From: Macrostomum lignano
Lineage: Eukaryota
Assembly (NCBI GenBank): GCA_002269645.1
Contig: NIVC01001527.1
Span: 8,141 to 72,140 of the forward strand
Reading direction: 5' to 3'
Length of the DNA stretch: 64,000 bases
Part shown: one piece after another, positions 1 through 9,469 of the stretch
How the letters are laid out: each line of letters begins with the position of its first letter
Position numbering within the stretch: position 1 is the stretch's first letter
Translations under genes and position numbers: made by a program
The notes under the pieces: model-generated
Seen by the model: only the letters and a program-made list of their open reading frames with translations
Told to the model about the DNA's origin: nothing
Databases searched by the model: none

Positions 1-4
1 AACT

Positions 5-742
5 ATGAAAATTCCTTTCACAGACACCTTACTGACTTTTATGACCAAGAACCAAGAGAAAATCTCCGAGAAGCAGCTAAAGAACTACAGAAATCTAGTG
101 ACTTTTTCTCTTGTTAGAGATATAGAAATACTAAAGGTCCCAGAAGTTCTGAAACACATGTACGATAGCGGTGTCAACCTGACTAAATTCAAAAAGTACA
201 AGCACTTTAAACAATGGTTCGATTTGCCAGATCAGGCGGAAGTCATAAAATATCTAGAACAACAACAGCAACAACAACCACAACCACAGCAGCAGCAACA
301 TTTCACAGAAGTACTCAGGCAACTGGAAAATGCAGATCCGACTCAAGTAGCTAAATATAAAAATGATCACCCAGATGCCTGGCAACACTTAGAACAACAC
401 TCTCCAGATCGAATGAACAGAATCAAGCAAAGAGTTTTCACACCTCAACAAAGACAGGCACCACATGACAGTTCCATCTCTGAAAGTGAGCAGTCTTTTG
501 CATCACCTCCCCAGCAGCTACAAGCCCAACCAACTCCACAACCCCAAGACCAACCGCCCTCAACAGGAAAAGGAATTTCTGAAATCTACAAGCGAGTAGC
601 GGTTCTTCTAGGAGCAGCAAAGACCGGAATGAAAGATGAAAATAGAAAAGAATTTGTCAACATCCTGGACAAAATGATGGAAAAGAAGTATATTGACAAA
701 CGGGCGAGAGAGCTTCTGCTTTCGCGGTTCAACAAAAAATAA
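5..742 (+). CDS. Polinton accessory protein (Q/P-rich linker, helical C-terminal domain)
   Basis: 245-aa ORF. The C-terminus GKGISEIYKRVAVLLGAAKTGMKDENRKEFVNILDKMMEKKYI resembles, from recall, a helical domain recurrent in Polinton proteins. Not database-checked. Confidence 0.7.
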   Translation: MKIPFTDTLLTFMTKNQEKISEKQLKNYRNLVTFSLVRDIEILKVPEVLKHMYDSGVNLTKFKKYKHFKQWFDLPDQAEVIKYLEQQQQQQPQPQQQQHFTEVLRQLENADPTQVAKYKNDHPDAWQHLEQHSPDRMNRIKQRVFTPQQRQAPHDSSISESEQSFASPPQQLQAQPTPQPQDQPPSTGKGISEIYKRVAVLLGAAKTGMKDENRKEFVNILDKMMEKKYIDKRARELLLSRFNKK

Positions 743-758
743 TTTATTTCAAGTAAAA

Positions 759-1148
759 ATGCCGATTATTTTTGAGAAAGACGTGGACAAATACTATGAC
801 AAAGAGGAACTTAATCTCATTAAACGCGGATCTGGACTTTTCCCTGCAGGCCACTATCCAAGAAAAGAACGCTCTGGGAATGGCCTTGCCGATTTGATCG
901 CTCAGGGGGCCAAGATTTTTAAGGTCATTGGAGAGAACAAAGAGAACATCAAGAACGTTGCCGAAGCGGCTGGCAGTGTAGCCACAGCAGCCAAAAAGAT
1001 AAAGGATACTGTAACACCTAAACAAGAGATTCAGCCTCCACTGGCCCCGCTGGCTCCATTGGCCCCAAATCCAGACAGTGTGGACCCTGCAGTCTATGAG
1101 AAGATGAGGGCTAGCATTAAAAAAGGAAGTGGTTTCAAATTTGACTAA
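759..1148 (+). CDS. small Polinton protein, candidate virion core/cement precursor
   Basis: ATG at 759 in AAAAATG context, 129 aa. Contains three GxG motifs (KRGSG, RSGNG, KKGSG) and a PLAPLAPLAP segment. Confidence 0.7.
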   Translation: MPIIFEKDVDKYYDKEELNLIKRGSGLFPAGHYPRKERSGNGLADLIAQGAKIFKVIGENKENIKNVAEAAGSVATAAKKIKDTVTPKQEIQPPLAPLAPLAPNPDSVDPAVYEKMRASIKKGSGFKFD

Positions 1149-1174
1149 AGGGTACTTTCCGAGGGTACAAGACT

Positions 1175-1321
1175 AGTCCCGAAATGACACATCTAAGTCC
1201 CAAAATGACACATCTAAGTCCCGAAATGACACATCTAAGTCCCGAAATGACACAATTAAGTACCAAAATGACACATCTAAGTCCCAAAATGACACATCTA
1301 AGTCCCGAAATGACACATCTA
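1175..1321 (+). repeat. 7 x 21-bp tandem repeat (AGTCCCGAAATGACACATCTA)
   Basis: 147 bp = 7 units, directly upstream of the ATPase. Translates as MTHLSP(E/K) repeats in frame with the ATPase. Confidence 0.95.
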
Positions 1322-1360
1322 AATTATTTATTATTTAAATTTTTTTTTATCATAGAAAAA

Positions 1361-2161
1361 ATGGACTTTTCAAACGACTTCAATCCTCACTGGACGCGTA
1401 ATCAGATTAAGTTTTCTCATCACGAGTCAATTCCGAGTCACTTCAGATGCATTGTTGTTGGTTCATCAGGTTCAGGTAAAACATTCAGAGTCTTTAACAT
1501 GCTTCTTAGACCTGGCTTTATCGACTATGACACTCTGCACATCTACTCTCCCACACTGTATCAAGATGAGTATAAAATGTTGATTTCTGGATTGCAAAAC
1601 AAACTGCACAAAGAGGACATTATTGCATGTTTTAATAACCAAATGAGCCTTCCCAGTAACCCTGAAATTGTAGCTGCTGAATATGCAAAGCACCTCAAAG
1701 ACAATGAAAAATGGCAGAACATTAAAGTGTTCACCTATGGAGATCCACAGGCTGATCCAAAGACCAAACTTCTACCCCAACCAGATGAGCTAGAAAAGGG
1801 GAGAAAGCATTTGATCGTCTTTGATGATTGTATGACAGGCCCACAGAAGCAGATAGAAAACTATTTTACAAGAGGGCGACATAACAATTGCAATGTAATT
1901 TACATTGCACAGAATTGGTTCGAGCTCCCGAACAAAACAATTCGTGGGAACTGCAATCTGATTCTCCTGTTTCCAACCATTCCACAGGACAGGCTAAAAA
2001 GATTTTACAATGAGGTCATTGCGCCTGCCTATTTCATAAATCCAACAAAAAACTCAAGCAGAAAGATTTCACAAGAGGAATTCGTTAATCTTTGCTATGA
2101 CAAGTGGAATCAGCCTTACCAGTTTGTGATTATCAGCAAAGAAAAAAGAACTGTAATTTAA
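1361..2161 (+). CDS. A32/FtsK-like genome packaging ATPase
   Basis: Walker A GSSGSGKT, Walker B LIVFDD, and A32-type motif TRGRHNNCNVIYIAQ. The likely start is the ATG at 1361 (AAAAAATG). Confidence 0.93.
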   Translation: MDFSNDFNPHWTRNQIKFSHHESIPSHFRCIVVGSSGSGKTFRVFNMLLRPGFIDYDTLHIYSPTLYQDEYKMLISGLQNKLHKEDIIACFNNQMSLPSNPEIVAAEYAKHLKDNEKWQNIKVFTYGDPQADPKTKLLPQPDELEKGRKHLIVFDDCMTGPQKQIENYFTRGRHNNCNVIYIAQNWFELPNKTIRGNCNLILLFPTIPQDRLKRFYNEVIAPAYFINPTKNSSRKISQEEFVNLCYDKWNQPYQFVIISKEKRTVI

Positions 2162-2177
2162 AATTTGCTATTAAAAG

Positions 2178-2996
2178 ATGTCGATAAACTTTGCAGGTGA
2201 ATCCATTTCTGGCAACAGCGCTCTTACATCAGCTCAGATATCCATCCTTGACAGGCGATATATCAACAGCGACGAAAAGATCCCAGAGATCAAACTGAAT
2301 AAAAACAGACTGAAAGCCCTAGAGCGCTCCATGCACCAGTTGCAAATAAACATGGAAGATCTCAGGCTTAAAGTAGCTAGGCAGAAGTTTGAAAGTGATA
2401 AGCTTTATGCGCCGTTGTTAAACGCAACTAATGAACTAAGGTCAGAAATAACTTCGATAGTCTCGCTAATCAACGGCTTGAGATCATCAGTTAATCTTCT
2501 GGGAAATTCCACTGATAGACGGATGCGTATTCTCGAAGGAGGAGTTTTCACAAACACAGCTAAAGTAAATAATTTAGAAGAGTTCATGAACCAGTCAACA
2601 GCGTTGCATGATAGAATTAAAGAAAACGTCGCAACCAACACAGGTAAAGTCAATACTTTAGAAGAGTTCATGACTCAGTCAACATCGTTGCATGATCGAA
2701 TCAAAGAAAGACTTGATGCATTAGAGAGAAACGATGTATCACACAGTAGCTATCTAAACGGAATGTATAGCTCTTGGGGTAAAATAATAAGGAGGCTTGA
2801 TCGTCTGGAGAGAACACTCAATCTTCGTGATATTGCTATTGATGAAGCAGAATCTGCTGCTCGTCCGGTCATGTCTACAGATCGAGTAGAAGGAGCTCTG
2901 GACCCCGACGGAGTAATCCGGCACGCTCTCAAACGTCAGCCGCCCAGCCGCTGCCTGCTGGACTCGCGATCCTCCGGCGTCAAGAGAGCCGCCTAG
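2178..2996 (+). CDS. coiled-coil protein of the Polinton (possible fibre/stalk)
   Basis: 272-aa ORF with heptad-rich character and an internal 28-aa (84-bp) duplication at 2550-2717. Function is inference only. Confidence 0.65.
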   Translation: MSINFAGESISGNSALTSAQISILDRRYINSDEKIPEIKLNKNRLKALERSMHQLQINMEDLRLKVARQKFESDKLYAPLLNATNELRSEITSIVSLINGLRSSVNLLGNSTDRRMRILEGGVFTNTAKVNNLEEFMNQSTALHDRIKENVATNTGKVNTLEEFMTQSTSLHDRIKERLDALERNDVSHSSYLNGMYSSWGKIIRRLDRLERTLNLRDIAIDEAESAARPVMSTDRVEGALDPDGVIRHALKRQPPSRCLLDSRSSGVKRAA

Positions 2997-3088
2997 ACAA
3001 CCGGCGGTGCAGATGGAATTATCAAAAAGAAAACAGATCTTTCAACCGGATAGTTTTATAATTTTTTTTATTTTTTCTAGAGAAAAAA

Positions 3089-3838
3089 ATGGCCCAACAA
3101 AATTCTCTATACGATCAGTCTCAATATGCTGAACCTAAAATACCGACAGCACCAAACTCAATGGCACCGAATTCGAACACACAAAACCTGGCACCGAATC
3201 TGAATGCATCGAATCTGAATGCACCTCAATATTCAGACCGACTTTACCCCCTCATTACTTGTAACTCTCAGCAGTTTCGACTGGTGGAGATTCAAAAAAT
3301 GCGCGATGATCTTGAAAAAAATATTTTCCACAACACAAAGAAAATTAAGCGCTATGACAACCACTGTAAATTTTTCGACTACAGCAATATGATTCTAGGA
3401 TCTGTGTCTGTTCTATCTGGATCTGCTGCAGCTGTCTCAGTGTTGCCAGCCATCACAGCCCCAATCGCAATTCCACTTGGTTCAGTAGGTGCTGCATGTG
3501 GACTTATTTCAGCAATTACTGGAGCAGTAGCGCGAAACAGGCGAAAAAAACTAAAGCAGCTACAGGAGAAGCAAGTAAAAGAGAAAGGGGTGCACACATC
3601 AATCATAGGGTACATTTCAAGGGCAATCGAGGATAAGTTCATTTCAGAGGATGAGTTCAAAACCATTCAGGATCTTTATGAACAATCAATTCGAATGAAC
3701 TTGAACATGGTCGGTACTGATGACATGAGTCAGCTGAAAAATGAACTCGAGAAAGTTTTTCAACATTATGTGGAAAGAAAGTCGGCGAAAAATTCGGCAA
3801 GAAATTCGGCAAGAAGGACGACGAGGAATGCACAATGA
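3089..3838 (+). CDS. Polinton membrane protein with hydrophobic hairpin and N-terminal PTAP/LYPL motifs
   Basis: 249 aa. FRLVEI helix, then a ~47-aa hydrophobic Gly/Ala-rich segment (MILGSVSV...AITGAV), a basic stretch RNRRKKLK and ISEDEF. From recall this architecture recurs in animal Polintons. Confidence 0.75.
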   Translation: MAQQNSLYDQSQYAEPKIPTAPNSMAPNSNTQNLAPNLNASNLNAPQYSDRLYPLITCNSQQFRLVEIQKMRDDLEKNIFHNTKKIKRYDNHCKFFDYSNMILGSVSVLSGSAAAVSVLPAITAPIAIPLGSVGAACGLISAITGAVARNRRKKLKQLQEKQVKEKGVHTSIIGYISRAIEDKFISEDEFKTIQDLYEQSIRMNLNMVGTDDMSQLKNELEKVFQHYVERKSAKNSARNSARRTTRNAQ

Positions 3839-3841
3839 ACC

Positions 3842-4236
3842 CTATGAAACACAGCCAAGAATAATTTCCTTGTAGGTCTTTCGTGTTTTGGTCATTGCAT
3901 ACAAAACAGTCATGCACAGCTCACCGCAAATATCACTGCTAAGACCTTGGAGAATAAAGTCTGAGCGATAAATTTTTTTTTTTTCCCTTCATATAATTTC
4001 TTAGCTCTTCTGGTACTCCGTCCCATAGCTATCGAAGTAATAACACTTGTGCTTGCGATCGGGATCAATCACCCAGCAAACCCAATGAGATCCTGGCTTA
4101 TCGGTGGTGTCAAAGTTCATGATGCCGCATTCCTTTCTTAGAGGAAAATCGGCAGAGTGTCCCTCATAAATATTCCTCTAAAGTTTGGGATTTCCAGTTC
4201 GTTAGCCAAATCTTCGAGAAAGTTATTTGTTGTCAT
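3842..4236 (-). pseudogene. adenain-like (Ulp1/adenoviral C5-type) cysteine protease, three apparent frameshifts
   Basis: Not in the ORF track. Manual reconstruction: MTTNNFLEDLANELEIPNFRGIFMRDTLP/FPLRKECGIMNFDTTDKPGSHWVCWVIDPDRKHKCYYFDSYG/GVPEELRNYMKGKKK/IYRSDFILQGLSSDICGELCMTVLY...VS*. His (GSHW), Asp (YFDS), Gln and Cys (ICG) are present. Indels at ~4148, ~4023 and the T12 run at 3973-3984. Confidence 0.88.
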
Positions 4237-4309
4237 TTTTTATGAGGTTTATTAAACTTTATCTTAAACCTAAACCCAACCTCCACCTCCTAAACCCAAC
4301 CTCCTAAGC

Positions 4310-7300
4310 TTAATCTCCACCTCCTAAACCTAACCTCCAGTGCCCGAACGGTAGACTGTTGATATTGTCATCAAAAATGAATCTCTTGTTATCTGCACCT
4401 GACAGTCCAATCTTCTTTTGCCGAATTGTGTGAATAATATGGTTTTTGGATTGTAGCTTTGAGAACTCATGTGATGTCTTTTTGTTGCAATTCAAGGCGT
4501 CTCTGTATTCAGCTTCATTAATTTCCTTCCTAACGACGCGTTTCGGAATTCCCTTTGATTTTTTATTGGGTCTGACGACTCACATTTTACAAAATAGGAC
4601 TTTGCTCTCAACCCAATGAATTCAGTGATTATGTCACCAGCAATCTCGTCCTTCATTTTCCCAATCACTTTCTTGTTAGTGGCGTCAAACACTTGATCGC
4701 CATTCTGTGTCCTGAAAGATTCATCATACTCAGACAAGTCAAACAAATCTTTTTGCTGCAGCATGTCCTGATAAATATCTTCTGTTTGAATTCCATAATA
4801 AAACTGTCTGTGTCAGTGTACAAGAGTTTCATTTTATCCTTGTACTGCTGCTTCATGTCATAGAAGAACTGGTACATCAGACGTTTTGATTCGTCGAGAA
4901 CAGTGACACCTGTATAGATCGGCTTGCGCAGCGTCACCTTGGTTTTGTAAAATATGATCACACCTAAGTAGCTATTAAAGATATGGAGTTCTTTGAATGT
5001 TGGCTTTGACATATTTGCCTGAATAACAGCAGGCTCTGATGAGGTAACAAGTTTCAGGTTTGTTCTTTTCCGCTCATTCTCAAGAGTCTTGCCATAGACA
5101 GAGTTGTTGGCCAACTTAAAGAGGTTCTTGTCAAAGTCGTTGGTTGCTTTGGTCCTAAACTGGGTGTTCTTATCAATGTAGGGTTTCATCCACGCTTCCT
5201 CTGTAAATGTAAGAGCCCGTGAACTATGGTGACCCTGCAACCAAGTGAGATAAAATACTGAAGCAGTTTGTAATGGATTTTGTAACGTGTCTTGTTGTTT
5301 AGATTCTGTGTTAGTTTCTCTGTATGTTCTTTTTCTGTTCCTGACAGGTGCCAAGTTCCATTATTATCATTGGGAGTTTCGATTATTTTCGGGCACTTGA
5401 TGTTCTCTGGGAAGGGTGGAAAGTCAGAGAAATAGTCGTGAAGCTCTGGTGGAATGTAAACATCAACTTCATAAATGGCAGCCAATGAAAAGTCCCACTT
5501 TAGTTCTGATGAGGGTAGCCATCGAAAATCTGGAAGATCTTGACTCATCGCCCACCCGTAGAGATTATTAGCGTCCAAGTAAGTAATGTAGTTTGAGGGC
5601 TGCTCCTTATTGTAAGATTCAATGTAGGGATTGTTTGCTTTTGCATACCTGTTAACGCAAATTGAGATTCCCCCTCGCTTTGACGATTCGACAAAATTGT
5701 ACATGTCAATGTCTGTAAGAAGTTCAATGTACCAATCTGGATCTTGATCCCATTTCATTTTAAGCAAAGATTCCCAGCTAGTGGCAGGCAGAGACACATA
5801 ATGTGCTGGATCGAGGCCATATGCTGTGTACCAGGTGTATCTGAAGGTTTCAAACACATCGGCCAGCAGAAACACATCTGTGAAGAGGTAAAGCAGGTGA
5901 TACTGGAAGAAGTTTTGACAATTAAAGTAATTATAGACATGCTTCGCGTGCTCATAGTCTTTGTCAGAGATTCCAGAGTCTGTTAGCTTTGAAAAGAACT
6001 TTTCTTGTGGTGGCAAACCTTCTTCAAATACGTGATACCCAGTAATATTTTCATAGGGGTAGAAGCCTTTGGTTCTCAGGAGTTTAAATGATTCATCACT
6101 GTTGTTAATTTTACTTGCAAACATCTTTGTATATGTACATTGTTCATCTTTTAGATTCTTGCTTAGTTCGTCTAGACTGGCAGCTAGAAATTGATATGAA
6201 TCCTTCAGTCTTATTTTACCTGTACCCGAATTATCCTGTTTAATATCAACACACTTAAACTTCTCCTTGTTCTCTGCGATGCAGTCAAGGTGTATGTCTG
6301 GAATCATGCCGATTTTTTCAACTATTAAATGCATGTCATAGTTCTTTGCGTTGTGACAAAATATCGTTAGATCATGAATGTTCGATTTTAGCTTTAGATT
6401 ACAGGTGTTATGCGCTGCACCTCTAAATTTCCCAGTAAAGTGGCAGTGGTCCCTAACGGTGGGGTTTTTAATATTAGTGCAAGTTAAATGTTTCCTGCAG
6501 ATGTGGCAATGAGTTGCTGATAGGAAATTGCTTTCATCCTCCTCAGTCATCATTATTGGAACAGGTTGAAGGGTGCTAATCACTCTTTGCAACTCTAACA
6601 TTCTGGCAATAAACAGCTCCACACACTGCTCTCCAAAGAAATAATTATACTCAACAAGTCCTTTTGTAGTAATAAAGGCATATGCTACTGAATTGGGGAC
6701 ATGTTTTTGAGTTTGAGTTTGTTTTTGAGTTGGAGTTTGTTTTTGTGTTTCCGGCATGATTGAGCATTCGAAATCAGCATATACAACAAATGGGAGCTTC
6801 TCCATCTTGTGATAGTTCTTAAACCGAAGATACTTCTCTTCAGCTGAAGGAAGAGAGCAGTTGGTCGGGTGATCCTCGCATGATAATTCATGCTCTGCTA
6901 GTTTTTCAAAGCGTTCAGGTCCACTGTAATGCTTAAGGCACAAGCGGCAGATGGCAACAGCCTCGTGATGATTATTCAATTGCTTGTGAATGAGTCTTGA
7001 AAGATCTTTAATCCAAACATAGTGAGCCTCCTCTAGTAAATTACCAATCACTAGAAGATCCACTTCAATCCGCCTTTTCCCCTCAGGATCTAAAACGTCT
7101 TTGCTACATCTGACCGGTTGAACTTTCTCAGTTTTTTCACTCCACTCAAAGACTGTGATTCTAATTTTGTTATTAAACACCTCTTCTAGTTTTGGGATCT
7201 GAGAGATCGCCAAGCCTCCTTTGTCAAACCTGATTCCCTTCTTTTCGCATTCGATGAGATAGTAGTTGAAATAATTTTGATAATTTGAGGTTCTTTCGGG

Positions 7301-8164
7301 GTGGTGAGGGACACTATTATGAAAAAGTGCAGAAAGAACTGCCCATAGAGCACAGCAATTGTCTTTATTTTTAACATTTATGCAAGCTTTTTTACCGGCT
7401 AGCTTATGCGGGAGCTCTATATAAGAGGAGGCTTTAAGTGGGTCATATTTCATGACCATGACAGTCGCTCTTTGAATCCCTCCCACGACCCATCCGGAAC
7501 CTCTGGATGTAAACGCTTCAATTTTCTTAGTGACATCTTGAAGGAAAGGATCCAGTGTGTCAGTAGGGGTGAATGGTTTTGCCTTTGTTGTCATGTAATA
7601 CTCGAGATGCTCAGTGGGTTTCGCAGGCATATAAAACGCAATCTTGAATGATATCTGTAGTTTAAAGGTCTTGCGTGTTTTGAGTGTGTGATCAACAACT
7701 GATTGGATGCTGTCTTTATAGTCGTAGATGTTTGCGGTGGTACCGTTGGTGCCGTTTATTGGGATTGTGTGCTCTATGTAATGTTCTGTAAACTTCCTCT
7801 GTGCAAAATTAATCTCTTCAATGGCAAGCTCCAACTCTTTTAAATGGATTAATTGCTCTAATTTCTCTTGTTCCTGCTTATTTTGTGGGTACTTTGCTTT
7901 TTCACCAGTGAGAGTTTCGTATTTGTTAACTAAGTTGCGACTCCTCTCTTGGTGTTCCTTTGCAGAATTTTTTATAGGCGCATACTGGTTGGATTCTAAT
8001 TGATTGATGATTTCCAACTGTTTTTCATAGCTTCCCAGGTGACCAGGGTCTGTGTTGAACCTTTGTTTGCATGCTTCTCTTAGTAAATTACTTTTGTCTT
8101 GAAATGAGACGCCTTTTGAAAAATATCTGTTGACTAAATCTTTTGCTGGATTAGCTTTTGGCAT
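4310..8164 (-). CDS. polB: protein-primed family B DNA polymerase (pPolB) with EndoVII-like insert; three 1-nt deletions
   Basis: Exonuclease motifs [13 protein letters not shown] and [10 protein letters not shown]; polymerase motifs [20 protein letters not shown] and YTDTDS; RDHCH...AHNTCN Zn/HNH insert. Track ORFs 5186-8164, 4665-5354, 4492-4764 and 4310-4495 join into one protein when one base is added at each of ~5219, ~4786 and ~4560. Confidence 0.95.
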
Positions 8165-8288
8165 TTTTTTCTATAAAATAAAAAAAAATTTTGAGGGTGA
8201 CCACCCTGATAGAAAAGTTGAACTGTTTCTACATCCTATAAGTAGTGTTAGGTTTATGAAGCTGGATAAAGTGGGGTTTTAAACCTCA

Positions 8289-8747
8289 TCACATGCGCAT
8301 TATTGTAAACCCAGCATTGTGCAGTGTCATGATAGCTTTGACAATGTCAGACTTGCTTATAGAATTTTCATTCTCACAATCATCACGATCCGGGCAGCCC
8401 TCAGGGCAGCCCTCTCCTGCCTTAATTGTTATACCTTTGTCTCTTGCAATCTTTTGCAATTCTAGCTGGTGGGCTCTATCATTCCCAGCTTTAACAGCAG
8501 TTGCTACACCTCCAGCTACACCACCTGCGGCACTCACAGCGCCTGCAATGATCGGAATAAGAGCTGCTAATGGTAGGATTCCTCCTGACTTTTCATCTGT
8601 GATGCTGTGTCTTTGTTCATTACATTGAACTATTTGCTGCACGGGATCGACTTTTACTTTGGCACCTTTTATTGATATAAGACCTGGTTTCTTTGATTCA
8701 ATGATTTTATTGAGTTTATTGATGGTTCTGGTTTCAATCTTTGTCAT
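8289..8747 (-). CDS. adenovirus pX (pre-mu)-like membrane-active/core protein
   Basis: GGILPLAALIPIIAGAVSAAGGVA closely matches the adenovirus pX C-terminal motif as I recall it (GGILPLLIPLIAAAIGAVPGIA). Confidence 0.75.
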   Translation of the reverse strand: MTKIETRTINKLNKIIESKKPGLISIKGAKVKVDPVQQIVQCNEQRHSITDEKSGGILPLAALIPIIAGAVSAAGGVAGGVATAVKAGNDRAHQLELQKIARDKGITIKAGEGCPEGCPDRDDCENENSISKSDIVKAIMTLHNAGFTIMRM

Positions 8748-8763
8748 TTTTTATTTTAATATT

Positions 8764-9469
8764 TTAATTAATTTCCGTGTCAGCTGGTATTACTAGGAGT
8801 TCAGCTCTAGTGAATGACCGTGTGGGGGATTTAGGGTTAAAGGCCTGAGATAAAAAGTAATAGTCACCGGAGTCGGAGGTAAAATGTCTGTCTATTTTAT
8901 GTACATCAAGGCTGAAGTATGGATCTGTAGCTCTTCTTTTGGTGTCTTTCTCTAGCTCTCCATGTAGATATAAAAAGCGTAGAAACTCAGAGTTTGTCAG
9001 TATGTATGGTGATTCAACTCCTGGAAGCTTAGGGTAGTTCGAGGTGTCTGTTCTAAGAGATGACTTAAGTTCGACAGTGTCTTGTTTAATTGCATGGGAT
9101 GGTTTCAATCCAGTCATGCGTGTGACTTCATTGTTCAGTTGCTCTATAACAGTGGGGAGCCGGTCTGTCCACTTGGTATAGTATTGGCCACTTTTTAGTT
9201 TCAGCTCTTCAGCTGTCTGCTTAGTGAATAGCCTCTTGGCTAGAGTTAGATTGAATCTCTCAACGTACGCTTGGTCTCTGTGCAAGTTTGTTCTGCCATA
9301 GCGAATCTCTGTGTCATGCTTATGTAGAAGTGATTTCACTGCACCCATGAATTCTTTGCCAGGATCAGTCATAAAGGTTTCAGGGTAGCTAAGGGGTGAG
9401 TTTTTATAAATATCTTGGAGGGCGGCTGCAACTGCTTCTGACTTCTTCGTCTTGAGTGGGCGAGCTTCC
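8764..9469 (-). CDS. int: retroviral-type (rve) integrase, 3' part
   Basis: The frame is open upstream of the track ORF up to the insertion: (K)EARPLKTKKSEAVAAALQDIYKNSPLSYPETFMTDPGKEF...YVERFNLTL. Second Asp and Glu of the DDE triad are present. Confidence 0.93.

Noticed and set aside
4490-5230. Programmed ribosomal frameshifting in pPolB
   Set aside because: Three separate shifts plus three in the neighbouring protease, all at short homopolymers, fit indel error or decay much better.
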